Positions 1 to 9,135 of a stretch of DNA of 64,000 nt are shown here, one piece after another. Below the pieces are notes generated by a model. It saw only the letters and a program-made list of their open reading frames with translations, was not told the DNA's origin and did not search any database. The stretch is taken from positions 1,864,827 through 1,928,826 of the forward strand of contig OZ242262.1 of the NCBI GenBank assembly GCA_965207145.1, given 5' to 3'. How positions within the stretch are numbered: the stretch's first letter is position 1; each line of letters opens with the position of its first letter. The stretch comes from Dehalococcoidia bacterium (GTDB lineage Bacteria > Chloroflexota > Dehalococcoidia > Lucifugimonadales > UBA2962). The translations under genes and the position numbers were made by a program.

Positions 1-95
1 ATCAGGAGAAAGAAGATGCAGCCGCCGATCCATGCGGCGGCGGCCGCTAGGTGGAGCCACCGGACAACCAGGACGAATGCGTCAGTAGCGCTCAT
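1..95 (-). CDS. N-terminal fragment of a membrane protein that continues beyond the window start (CopD-like?)
   Basis: ATG at 95-93 gives MSATDAFVLVVRWLHLAAAAAWIGGCIFFLL..., a hydrophobic helix resembling CopD-family N-termini. Only about 31 codons are visible. It is open-ended, so it is not in the ORF track. Confidence 0.3.
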   Translation of the reverse strand, partial: MSATDAFVLVVRWLHLAAAAAWIGGCIFFLL

Positions 96-152
96 GTCGG
101 GGCGCAGATCTTTGCACAGGTGCTCGGCACCGGCAACCGGCCCCGTGCCACC

Positions 153-713
153 CTAGTTCAGAACTTCTGCGATCAGCTCGTCCAGCTTCTCAGCGTCTAG
201 GATCCCCGACCATTTGCGGACCACCTGGTGGTCCTTGTCGAGGAAGATCGTCGTCGGGAAACCGGAAACCTCGTAGTCGACAAGGATGTCGCCCTCGGCG
301 TCGGGTCCGATGGCATAGGTGATGCCGAATTCGTCTATGAACTGCTGTCCGTCCTCTACCGTGTCGAGCACCAGGCTCTGGATACCCACGAACTCGACCC
401 CGTTCGCGGCATGCTTTATTGACGCCGCCTCCAGGTCAGGCATCTCCAGTCGACACGGCGGACAGGACGGGTACCAAAAGTTGAGCACGACCGGCTTGCC
501 CTTCAAATCGGAAAGGCTCAGCGAGGAACCCTTCTCGTGGTGTTCGTTGCCAAAGAGCGTTATCTGAAAATCCGGAGCTGGCTGGGCCGCGGTAGGTGGA
601 GCCGCCTCGTTCGAGCACCCGATGCTGACGAGCACTCCCAGCATGATCGCCAAGGCGATCGCCGCCGACAGACTCAGTGCCGCGTACCGTTTCGATCTTG
701 TGGTCATATGCAT
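153..713 (-). CDS. TlpA/ResA-like thiol:disulfide oxidoreductase, probable lipoprotein
   Basis: Signal peptide with lipobox-like SIGCS. Thioredoxin-fold motif NFWYPSCPPCRLEMP (CxxC). Confidence 0.85.
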   Translation of the reverse strand: MHMTTRSKRYAALSLSAAIALAIMLGVLVSIGCSNEAAPPTAAQPAPDFQITLFGNEHHEKGSSLSLSDLKGKPVVLNFWYPSCPPCRLEMPDLEAASIKHAANGVEFVGIQSLVLDTVEDGQQFIDEFGITYAIGPDAEGDILVDYEVSGFPTTIFLDKDHQVVRKWSGILDAEKLDELIAEVLN

Positions 714-844
714 CGGTTATTCACTCTCATTCAAAGCAAGAGCACACATCTGTGCAAATCTCCCTATCTAGTGGATACGCAGGGGCGACAAGCCGGGATG
801 TATCCGACACCATCAGCGTCCAAGGGTGCTGGCCCGTCCGGTGG

Positions 845-2086
845 CTAGTGCAGCTGTTCGTCCTCCGAGATGAGTCTGGACGCGTACTCCAATAGGACCA
901 CGGCCCTATCTTCGGGTACCTCGGCCGCCCTCAGGTACAGTTCGAGCGCCTTCCTCGGATCGACGCCGGTATTGTATTCCTCTCCCAGGCGAACTCGGGA
1001 GGCCTCGTGCCTGGTATCGCGGGCAATAGAGGCAACGAAGTGGGCATCGGACAGCGCCGCACGCAGCGGCGCGTCGGAGAGGTGAGCTTCGTCCTCGGCC
1101 GAAATCGTAACCTTTAGCCGAACCACGGCTTCCCTCAGATCGTGCTTGCGGATCTCGCGCAGCACGGTGGCCGTGGGGTCGGGGTCGGCCTTTCGAACAT
1201 TCGCCGCTATCGTCAGGAGACGCCTCGCATTGACCTGGATGAACTGAAACGACGTCAACCTGTCTCCTTGGGTTCGTTCGGGATCAAGGTCTATGACGCA
1301 GAACCCCTTCCGGTCGCCTTCCTCGCCGAAATCGACCCTCTGCAGCGCGCCCGAGTAGGTCATCAGGGGATTCTCTCCCAGCACCTGATGGCGGTGGATG
1401 TGACCCAGGGCGACATAGTCAAGCTGGGGCAGGGCAAGGCTGCTCTTGAGCAGCACATAGTCCCGGCCTAGCATCATGGATTGCTCTGAGCTGGTCTCTG
1501 CCTCGCTTACCGTGAGGTGACCCGCCAGCACCGCTGGCAATGACGGATCGAGAGCCGAAACTCGCGCGTTGACGATGTCCGTCAGCCGCTGCTGGATTAG
1601 CCCGTTGACCTCCTCGGGGGACATGCCCCTAGTCTCGTCTCGGGCAAGAATGCCGCTGCGCCTTACCCATGGCACCGCCACTATCTGCAAGGGGCCGGAA
1701 GGCGTCTGGACGACGTAAATGTCAGGCCTACCGCCGACTGTGATGTTTGGCACGCTCAGGGTGCCGAAGATCTCCAGTGCCGTCGCCCGCCCAGCGATTG
1801 CCGGAATGTCGTGGTTTCCCTCCACCAGGAAGGTCGGAATGCCGGCGATTGACAACCTTGCAATACGCCTTGCGAACTCGCGCTGGTGGGTCTGTGACGG
1901 GTCGCGGCTCTTGTATGCGTCCCCGCAGAACAGGGCCAGGTCAGTCCCACTGTCGATGCAGTATTCGACTACCTCGTCGAGTGTTGCGAGAAAGTCCACG
2001 AGCCGTGAGGGCAAACCCGTTGCCGGGTCAGTACGGGAGAAATTCTCCACGCCTATGTGCACGTCGCTGAAGTGAACGATCTTCAT
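845..2086 (-). CDS. SbcD/Mre11-family metallophosphoesterase (DNA repair exonuclease-like); no adjacent sbcC
   Basis: MKIVHFSDVHIG, CGDAYKSRDPS and EGNHD calcineurin-like phosphoesterase motifs. Confidence 0.75.
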   Translation of the reverse strand: MKIVHFSDVHIGVENFSRTDPATGLPSRLVDFLATLDEVVEYCIDSGTDLALFCGDAYKSRDPSQTHQREFARRIARLSIAGIPTFLVEGNHDIPAIAGRATALEIFGTLSVPNITVGGRPDIYVVQTPSGPLQIVAVPWVRRSGILARDETRGMSPEEVNGLIQQRLTDIVNARVSALDPSLPAVLAGHLTVSEAETSSEQSMMLGRDYVLLKSSLALPQLDYVALGHIHRHQVLGENPLMTYSGALQRVDFGEEGDRKGFCVIDLDPERTQGDRLTSFQFIQVNARRLLTIAANVRKADPDPTATVLREIRKHDLREAVVRLKVTISAEDEAHLSDAPLRAALSDAHFVASIARDTRHEASRVRLGEEYNTGVDPRKALELYLRAAEVPEDRAVVLLEYASRLISEDEQLH

Positions 2087-2242
2087 GGCTACCGCTGCCG
2101 GATGCTATGCGCCCCCCGGTAGCAAGGGACGGGCAGGCTAACGGTCACTGGACCAGCCCCACCGTCTGGCTGCCCGTGGCGACATGGCCGCCCTCCTCCG
2201 CCGCGCCCGTGATCTACGTGGCCCCGGGTGCATTGCGGCGAG

Positions 2243-3583
2243 CTACCTACTCAGGCGAGCCGCTAATTCTTGGTCCAGACCCGCTATGGGCACCCGGGTC
2301 TGATCCATTGAATCCCGATCCCGGATGGTCACCGCCTCGTCTTCGAGCGAGTTGAAGTCGACCGTCACGCAAAGCGGCGTACCGACCTCGTCCTGGCGCC
2401 GATATCTGCGGCCAATGCTTTGCGTGTCGTCGTACTGCACGACTCCCTCTACCGATCTGGAGGAGCGGACCGAGTCGAACACCTCGCGGGCCAGGCTGGA
2501 AACCGGCTCCTTCTTGGACAGCGGTAGCACGGCCACCTTTACGGGTGCCACCGATGGATGCAGCTTGAGCATTACGCGGGTCTCGGGCCTTCCCTTGGCG
2601 TCTGGAGCCTCGTCCTCGGTGTAGGCGTCAACCAGGATGGCCATCACCGCCCGGTCGATGCCGAAGGACGGCTCTATGACGTAGGGAACTATGTGCTGTT
2701 TCTCCCGATCGTCAAAGTAGGAAAGCTCCCGCCCGGTCGCCTCTGTGTGTGCCCTGAGGTCGTAGTCGGTACGGTTGGCTATACCCGCCAGTTCGCCCCA
2801 TCCCCAGGGGAACTCATACTCGACGTCGTGCGTGGCCTTTGAATAGTGGGACAGTTCACCGGCCTCATGCTCTCGGATCCTAAGTGAAGATCTGGTGAGC
2901 CCCATGTCCACGTACCAGCTCAGGGCCTCTTCGACCCAGCGTTCATGCCAGCCACGGTCGGTGCCCGGCGGGACGAAGAACTCGATCTCCATCATCTCGA
3001 ACTCCCGGGTCCTGAAGATGAAGTTCCCCGTGGTTATCTCGTTGCGGAACGCCTTGCCCACCTGAGCGATGCCGAACGGCGGCCGGCGGCGTGTCGCGGT
3101 CTGGACGTTCTCGAAGTTGACGAAGATGCCCTGGGCCGTCTCCGGTCGCAGATAAGCCTCCGAAGCGGTGTCTTCCACGGGGCCCAGAAACGTCTTGAAC
3201 ATCAGGTTGAACTGGCGTGCCTCCGACAGAGCACCGCCACAATCCGGACACGACTGGCCGGTTAGCTGGTCGGCGCGGAATCGGTGATGGCACTCCCTGC
3301 ACTCTGCGAGGGGGTCTGTGAAGCTGGTGACGTGTCCGCTCGCCTCCCATACTCGTGGATGCATCAACACGGCCGAATCAAGGCCGACCATGTCGTCGCG
3401 GTCCAGCACGAACCGCCGCCACCAAAGCTCCTTTACGTTGCGCTTGAGCTCAACGCCGAGAGGCCCGTAGTCCCACGTTGAGCCAAGACCGCCGTAGATC
3501 TCGCTGCTCTGGAAGACAAAACCGCGCCGCTTGGCCAGCGATGCGAGCTCATCTATGCTTACTTTGTGTTTAGTTTTGGTCAA
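2243..3583 (-). CDS. glyQS: glycine--tRNA ligase (dimeric class II GlyRS)
   Basis: N-terminus LAKRRGFVFQSSEIYGGLGSTWDYGPLGVELKRNV is typical of GlyQS. Full length is 446 aa. TTG start. Confidence 0.95.
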   Translation of the reverse strand: MTKTKHKVSIDELASLAKRRGFVFQSSEIYGGLGSTWDYGPLGVELKRNVKELWWRRFVLDRDDMVGLDSAVLMHPRVWEASGHVTSFTDPLAECRECHHRFRADQLTGQSCPDCGGALSEARQFNLMFKTFLGPVEDTASEAYLRPETAQGIFVNFENVQTATRRRPPFGIAQVGKAFRNEITTGNFIFRTREFEMMEIEFFVPPGTDRGWHERWVEEALSWYVDMGLTRSSLRIREHEAGELSHYSKATHDVEYEFPWGWGELAGIANRTDYDLRAHTEATGRELSYFDDREKQHIVPYVIEPSFGIDRAVMAILVDAYTEDEAPDAKGRPETRVMLKLHPSVAPVKVAVLPLSKKEPVSSLAREVFDSVRSSRSVEGVVQYDDTQSIGRRYRRQDEVGTPLCVTVDFNSLEDEAVTIRDRDSMDQTRVPIAGLDQELAARLSR

Positions 3584-3805
3584 GCTACTGACGCTCTCAC
3601 CGTCATTCTATCGCCCCTCAGACTGATCCAACCGAGCGGTCCCGGTGCGGGGCCACCGGTACGTTGGATGCCGACTTTGGCGCCCCAGTTGGGCTCCTGC
3701 CGGCTACCCACGTCGAAGAGCAGGGTGCCGCCTACGGGTGAGTGTCCGTGGCGGCAGTCGGCCCCTGGCCCTGCCAGGTTTACCGCTTGAGTGGAGTTCG
3801 TTCCG

Positions 3806-5854
3806 TTAGAGAAATAGCGGTCCGAAGACGAGGGCCACGACCGACATGAGCTTAATCAGGATGTTGAGCGAAGGCCCTGACGTATCCTTGAACGGGTCTC
3901 CGACCGTGTCCCCGACGACTGCGGCGTCATGATCGGAGGAGCCCTTTCCTCCCAGGTTACCCGCCTCTATGAATTTCTTGGCGTTGTCCCAGGCACCGCC
4001 GGCGTTGGCCATCATCACAGCAAACAGGAAACCGGCGGCTATCGCTCCCATCAGCATCCCGCCCAGTGCCTCGGCCCCCAGCACCGAGCCTATGACGATC
4101 GGGGCCACCACAGCCAGAAGGCCGGGAACAATCATCTCGCGCATCGCGCCCGTCGTGCTGATGTCAACGGCGCGGGCGTAGTCGGCCTCTGCCGTGCCTT
4201 CGATAAGGCCCTTGATCTCGCGGAACTGGCGCCGAACCTCCTGCACCATCGCGTTGGCGGCACGTCCCACGGCCTGCATCGTCAAGGCCGCGAACAGGAA
4301 CGGAAGCATGGCACCGATGATCACACCCATCAGCACGTCGGTGTCGAGCAGGTTGAACAGGTCTACGCCGGTTACCACGGAATAGGCAGCCATCAGTGCC
4401 AGCGCGGTGAGGACCGCAGAGCCTATGGCGAACCCCTTGCCCGTGGCGGCCGTGGTGTTGCCGAGCGAATCGAGTGCGTCGGTGCGCTCGCGGACCTTGG
4501 GATCAAGGCGGGCCTGCTCGGCTATCCCGCCGGCGTTGTCCGCCACAGGTCCGTAGGCGTCCGTTGCCAGGGTGATTCCGAGCGTTGACAGCATGCCTAC
4601 CGCCGCCAGGGCAACGCCGTACGTGCCGGCCAGCCAGTTTGCAAGCCACATAGCAGTGACGACCACCACTCCCGGTATGAGCGTGCTGAGCATCCCCAGC
4701 CCCAGTCCGCCGATGATGATCGTCGCGGGGCCGGTCTCGGCCTGCTTTGCAAGGTCGCGGGTGGGCTTGAATTCATAGGAGGTGTAGTACTCGGACGAGG
4801 TTCCGATGATCTGCCCGGCCAGCAGTCCTACCACTACCACCCAGAACAGCTTAAAGCTCAGATCCATGACGCCGACCGCCACTCCCGTTGCCACCAGCAC
4901 CAGTGCGCCCGCACCGAATATCCCGTACCGGAGCGACCACAGCAGGCTGCTCATGGATGCGCCCTCCTTGGTGCGGACCAGGAAGGTACCTATGATCGAT
5001 GCGAAGATGCCCGAGGTTGCGACAAGCAGCGGCAGCATGAACAGGTCTGCGTCGAAGTTGGCCCTGGTATCCGAGATGTCTGCCATGCCCAGCGCTGCCG
5101 CACCGGCCGCGGCCAGGGCTATCGTCGCGATGATCGAGCCCACGTACGACTCGAACAGGTCGGCCCCCATGCCGGCCACGTCCCCAACGTTGTCCCCAAC
5201 GTTGTCGGCGATCGTTGCGGGATTGCGCGGGTCGTCCTCGGGTATTCCCTGCTCGATCTTCCCAACCAGGTCCGCCCCGACATCCGCCGCCTTGGTGTAA
5301 ATGCCACCGCCCACCCTCGCAAAGAGCGCTATCGAGGAGGCGCCGAAGCCAAAGCCGGCGACGATGTTGAAGTCCTTGAAGATCCAGTAGAGGATCGTTA
5401 CGCCGAGCAACCCTATGCCGACCACCGAAATGCCCATCACAGCACCGGAGCTGAACGCGATTCTGAGCGCCGGGTTGAGCCCCTGCTGAGCCTTCACGGT
5501 AGTTCGCGTGTTTGCCCTGACGGCGATGCTCATGCCGATGAAGCCGGCCATCGCCGAGCCGATCGCCCCGACGAGATAGGAGATAGCCGTCGACGGTACG
5601 CTGCGATCCCAGTCGAGCTTGCCGATGACGTCGTAGTCGATGAAGAGCAGCAGGATGATGAACATCGCCACCACAAACAGAGACAGGAAGGTATATTCGC
5701 GCGAGAGGAAGGCCATCGCGCCCTCTCTAATGGCCCGTCCGATGAACCGGACGGTCTCGTCGCCCTCATCCTGCCGCAGCAGGTTGAGGGTGAGAATCCC
5801 GCCGAAGCCGAGCGCGACGACACCGGCGATAATGGCCAATACGATGATCTCCAT
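3806..5854 (-). CDS. hppA: membrane-bound H+/Na+-translocating pyrophosphatase
   Basis: 682-aa polytopic protein with [18 protein letters not shown] and [22 protein letters not shown] signatures. Confidence 0.95.
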   Translation of the reverse strand: MEIIVLAIIAGVVALGFGGILTLNLLRQDEGDETVRFIGRAIREGAMAFLSREYTFLSLFVVAMFIILLLFIDYDVIGKLDWDRSVPSTAISYLVGAIGSAMAGFIGMSIAVRANTRTTVKAQQGLNPALRIAFSSGAVMGISVVGIGLLGVTILYWIFKDFNIVAGFGFGASSIALFARVGGGIYTKAADVGADLVGKIEQGIPEDDPRNPATIADNVGDNVGDVAGMGADLFESYVGSIIATIALAAAGAAALGMADISDTRANFDADLFMLPLLVATSGIFASIIGTFLVRTKEGASMSSLLWSLRYGIFGAGALVLVATGVAVGVMDLSFKLFWVVVVGLLAGQIIGTSSEYYTSYEFKPTRDLAKQAETGPATIIIGGLGLGMLSTLIPGVVVVTAMWLANWLAGTYGVALAAVGMLSTLGITLATDAYGPVADNAGGIAEQARLDPKVRERTDALDSLGNTTAATGKGFAIGSAVLTALALMAAYSVVTGVDLFNLLDTDVLMGVIIGAMLPFLFAALTMQAVGRAANAMVQEVRRQFREIKGLIEGTAEADYARAVDISTTGAMREMIVPGLLAVVAPIVIGSVLGAEALGGMLMGAIAAGFLFAVMMANAGGAWDNAKKFIEAGNLGGKGSSDHDAAVVGDTVGDPFKDTSGPSLNILIKLMSVVALVFGPLFL

Positions 5855-5940
5855 GCGACCTCCAAGAAAAAGCTCCCCCTAGGGACGATGCCCGAGGGGA
5901 AGCTTTGCCGATTGCATCTGGCGAAGATACCGACCGAAAC

Positions 5941-6687
5941 CTAACACAGGCTCCAAACCGCGTACAACCCGCCACCGGACCGAACGAATCGCACCATGCA
6001 CGGCTCTAGACAGCGGTCCTGCGTCTCGCTGCCCACGCGGGCGCCAGGACTTGACCGGCGCGTTCGGGGACCTGGAGTCGGTGATGAGAATCGAGTCTGC
6101 GAACGCCCGAGACGATAGCCGGGGTACGGGATGTTTACTATCCACCGCGGGTCGCTCGATCCGTCACCGAGCTTGCGTCGCAGGTTTCGTACCATCGAGT
6201 GCAGCAGTTGCACGTCCCCGAAATAGTTGGCCCCCAAGATGAGCCCGAGTAGCTGCATGTGGGTGGCGGGCCTTCCCGTCTTGTCTCTGGCTATGCTGAT
6301 CGTCGCCTCGTTTCACACCGCTGAGCCGTTCTCGTGGATCCACCTGATCGGCAGCCGGTCCGGATACTCCCTCGGAGATTCGAACGGGCTCTCGAGGGTA
6401 GGGCGGTCGTCCGGATGCACGTAGGTGAGCGGCAACCGGGGATCGTGGTATTGCGCCCGTGCCGTGTAGCCCACCAGGGTCTCAGCCGACGGACTGATGT
6501 GGTCGCAGAGCCGCTCCGGCCAGAGGCTGAAGGAGAAAGCGGCATCGTTCGCGGTCTCCGCCAGATGGACCAGCCAGTCACATGCGGGAGTCGATAGGGT
6601 TTCCGCCCTCTCGGGCCGAAGGGATTGATCTATTCCGCAGGCCGGCTCGTCTTGATCAGCCATCCGATAGGGCCATCGGCGGATCAA
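5941..6687 (-). pseudogene. degraded regulator: PAS domain interrupted by an in-frame TGA (6313-6315), then only the C-terminal half of an OmpR-type winged helix
   Basis: ORFs 6313..6687 and 5941..6258 are in the same frame. The PAS-like sequence continues across the stop (RWIHENGSAV*NEATISIARDKTGRP). The downstream part, GDVQLLHSMVRNLRRKLGD...PGYRL, matches only the last part of Trans_reg_C. Confidence 0.4.
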
Positions 6688-6935
6688 TCAGCACTCCCGG
6701 GGGATTACGACAGCCAAGCCTGTTTGGGGCCAACGGCGTCCAGGGATTTGGTTCTCGGCAGACCGGTGCGCCCGGCGAGCCTGCAATCTGCGTCCGGGAG
6801 TGGTCTTCGGGGGCCGCCCAGCCCTTGGTAGACCGTGAACGTGTAGCGGCACCATTACTCGAAGGGCATTACGTTATCAGTCTGCTGAAGGGGAATGTGA
6901 AGTGAATCACATTATCAGGTTGCCCTTGGACGTAA

Positions 6936-6982
6936 GTGATTGGAATCACATAGTTGACAGCCCCCCCATCCCATGCTAGAAG
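6936..6982 (+). promoter_or_regulatory. candidate operator palindrome plus sigma70-like promoter upstream of the SBP gene
   Basis: Perfect palindrome GTGATTGGAATCAC (6936-6949). An extra AATCAC half-site lies at 6905-6910. TTGACA (6954-6959), 17-nt spacer, TAGAAG (6977-6982). Confidence 0.3.
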
Positions 6983-7170
6983 GACGCATCGCCGCTCGAT
7001 GCCAGGGGAGTTCGAGGCTCAACGCAATCGATGGGTTGTCTGCCGCCCGGGGCCCCGACTCCTGCCTTAGTGGCCAACGGTCAAGAGAGGACCTCCGACC
7101 GTTTAGGGATGCCGGGCGGTGCTTTACGGAGCCGATTTGTGAAGCTGTTTTGTTTCGGAAGGGGTGAAAC

Positions 7171-9024
7171 GTGAAACGTTTAGCGGTCCTGTTTACGCTA
7201 GCTGGCCTCGTCGGGCTGGTCGCCGCCGCCTGCGCGGGCGAACCCGAGGTCGTGGTCGAGAAGGAGATCGTCGAGATCGAAAGGGTCGTCGAGGTCCCGG
7301 TCGAGACCGAGAAGGTGGTGGAGGTGGTCAGGGAGGTTGAGGTCCCGGTCGAAACCGAGGTTGAGAGGATCGTCGAGACCGAGGTTGAGAAGATCGTCGA
7401 GGTGGAGGTTGAAAAGGTCGTTGAGGTGGAGGTTGAAAAGGTCGTTGAGGTGGAGACCGAGAGGATCGTGATCAGCACGCCCACTCCACCCCCGCCCGGA
7501 GCCCCGCGCTTTGGAGGGACGCTGAGGGTGATCAGCCACGGAAGCGTCAGCAGCGTGGATCCGGTCTTCTCCCTGTTTGCCGTGGTCAACTACATCTCAA
7601 AGCAGTTCTATGAGCAGCTGTTTGCCTGGGATGGCGATCTGAACGCCCAGCCACAGCTCGTGGACACATGGTCCGTTAGCGATGATGGCCTGGAGTACAC
7701 CTTCACCTTACGCTCGTCCAATTTCCACGATGGGGACACATTCTCTGCTGCGGATGCCGTGGCCTCGATCAACAGGTGGCGCGATGCCGGGACGCCGGCG
7801 GCTGGCATCATTCGCAGGTTCACCGATGACGACGCCTTCGAGATCGTTGATAGGCAGACATTCAAGTGGAGTTTCAATGAGCCGCTTGGATCCACCATCT
7901 TCATACTCGGCATCCCGCACGGCGCCATGCCGATGATGAGGGAGGAGGATGCCGCCACCCCGTTTACGACCGCTGTCGAGGAGAGAATCGGCACGGGGCC
8001 ATACAGGTACGTGCGCTGGGATCAGGGCAACCGGGTAGTGGTGGAACGGTTCGATGAATACTCGCCACGGTCCGAGCCATTCCAGCCTGGCGGGTATATC
8101 GGACACACGGTTGCCTACATCGACAAGATAGAGTTCCTTGAGATCCCCGACGAAGAGACCAAGATGGCGGGGCTGGAGACCGGTGAGTGGGATGTCATCG
8201 AGTTCGCCGGGCTGGACTTTTTCAACCGGCTGAACGACAACCCCGACATCAACGTCACGACCTACGCGCCAGGCCTGAGATCAAACGTCTACCTCAACCC
8301 GCAGATTCCGCCGTTCAGCTATAAGCTGGCGCGACAGGCTCTGCAGACCGGTGTGCGGATAGAGGACTTCATGTTCGCCCTCGGGGACCCGCAGCTGTGG
8401 CAGGTGTGCGATGCCGTCTACTGGTGTGGCACCCCGCTTGAGACACACGTGGGATCGACCTTCGATGTGGAGTTGAGCGACGGTACCCATACCATCGGAT
8501 ACAACGTCTACGATGTCCCGACCGCCCAGCAGATGCTTGCCGAGTCGGACTACGCGGGTGAGACGACCATAATCCTGAACCCCACGGACCTGGCCGTCCT
8601 GACACCGCTTGGTCCGGTGCTCAAGCCGTTCATGGAGGAGATCGGCTTTAACGTGGAGATGCCGGCACTGGACTGGTCCACCATCACGAGCATGTTTGGC
8701 AATACGGACTCCTACAGCCTGGCCACCGACGCCTTCGAGCACTACTGCTGCGGCAGTCCCATACAGGATCACCTGATCTCCGGTACTCTGGACTTCATCA
8801 TCAGGGACTCCGACCTGATCAACCTGCAGCTTGAGTTCGCCCGCGAGACCGACCCGGCAAGGCGCGCCGAGATCATCGACGAGATCCAGGCCGCGCGCTG
8901 GGAGAAGGTGACCTCGCTGCTCCTGGGCCAGTTCTTCCCGATGCACCCCAGCAGCGTCGACCTGAGGAACTGGGAGGTCAAGGCGGTCCCGTACTACGCG
9001 GGCACCTGGCTGGAAAGGCGCTGA
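7171..9024 (+). CDS. ABC transporter substrate-binding lipoprotein, family 5 (peptide/nickel type) with E/V-rich repeat linker
   Basis: GTG start after GGAAGGGG. Signal plus lipobox AAACAG. Body has SBP_bac_5-like features (RFGGTLRV..., GTGPYRYVRWDQGNRVVVERFDEY). Confidence 0.85.
   Translation: MKRLAVLFTLAGLVGLVAAACAGEPEVVVEKEIVEIERVVEVPVETEKVVEVVREVEVPVETEVERIVETEVEKIVEVEVEKVVEVEVEKVVEVETERIVISTPTPPPPGAPRFGGTLRVISHGSVSSVDPVFSLFAVVNYISKQFYEQLFAWDGDLNAQPQLVDTWSVSDDGLEYTFTLRSSNFHDGDTFSAADAVASINRWRDAGTPAAGIIRRFTDDDAFEIVDRQTFKWSFNEPLGSTIFILGIPHGAMPMMREEDAATPFTTAVEERIGTGPYRYVRWDQGNRVVVERFDEYSPRSEPFQPGGYIGHTVAYIDKIEFLEIPDEETKMAGLETGEWDVIEFAGLDFFNRLNDNPDINVTTYAPGLRSNVYLNPQIPPFSYKLARQALQTGVRIEDFMFALGDPQLWQVCDAVYWCGTPLETHVGSTFDVELSDGTHTIGYNVYDVPTAQQMLAESDYAGETTIILNPTDLAVLTPLGPVLKPFMEEIGFNVEMPALDWSTITSMFGNTDSYSLATDAFEHYCCGSPIQDHLISGTLDFIIRDSDLINLQLEFARETDPARRAEIIDEIQAARWEKVTSLLLGQFFPMHPSSVDLRNWEVKAVPYYAGTWLERR
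7399..7446 (+). repeat. perfect 24-bp tandem duplication inside the E/V linker coding region
   Basis: GAGGTGGAGGTTGAAAAGGTCGTT occurs at 7399-7422 and again at 7423-7446. Diverged copies flank it. Confidence 0.9.
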
Positions 9025-9065
9025 TCGCAGTTCCGTCAGGGTAGGGGACGCCGAGTTGCCTATCT

Positions 9066-9107
9066 GTCCCGCGGGGTCTTCTGCAGGCCCCGCGGGACAT
9101 CTTTTTT
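9066..9107 (+). terminator. Rho-independent terminator after the SBP gene
   Basis: 11-bp perfect stem GTCCCGCGGGG/CCCCGCGGGAC with an 11-nt loop, followed by a TTTTTT run at 9102-9107. Confidence 0.7.
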
Positions 9108-9135
9108 CGCTAGTCTATGGACAAGGAGGATGTAG

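Noticed and set aside
3584-3805. Possible T-box leader upstream of glyQS (minus strand contains GGTGGCCCCGC resembling the T-box GGTGGTACCGCG)
   Set aside because: I could not find a canonical Stem I with a GGC specifier loop or K-turn, or a terminator U-run. The bulge would read UGGC rather than the UGGA I would expect if tRNA-Gly carries a U discriminator base. It needs an Infernal scan before any claim.
7240-7470. CRISPR-like or other array interpretation of the 24-bp repeats
   Set aside because: The repeats are contiguous with no spacers, in frame, and encode the E/V linker of a protein. No CRISPR array or cas genes were seen anywhere in the window.
6915-7589. 224-aa minus-strand ORF rich in STSTTFSTS repeats
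   Set aside because: It is the antisense shadow of the GAG/GTN-rich E/V linker of the plus-strand SBP gene. It has no start context and a low-complexity product.
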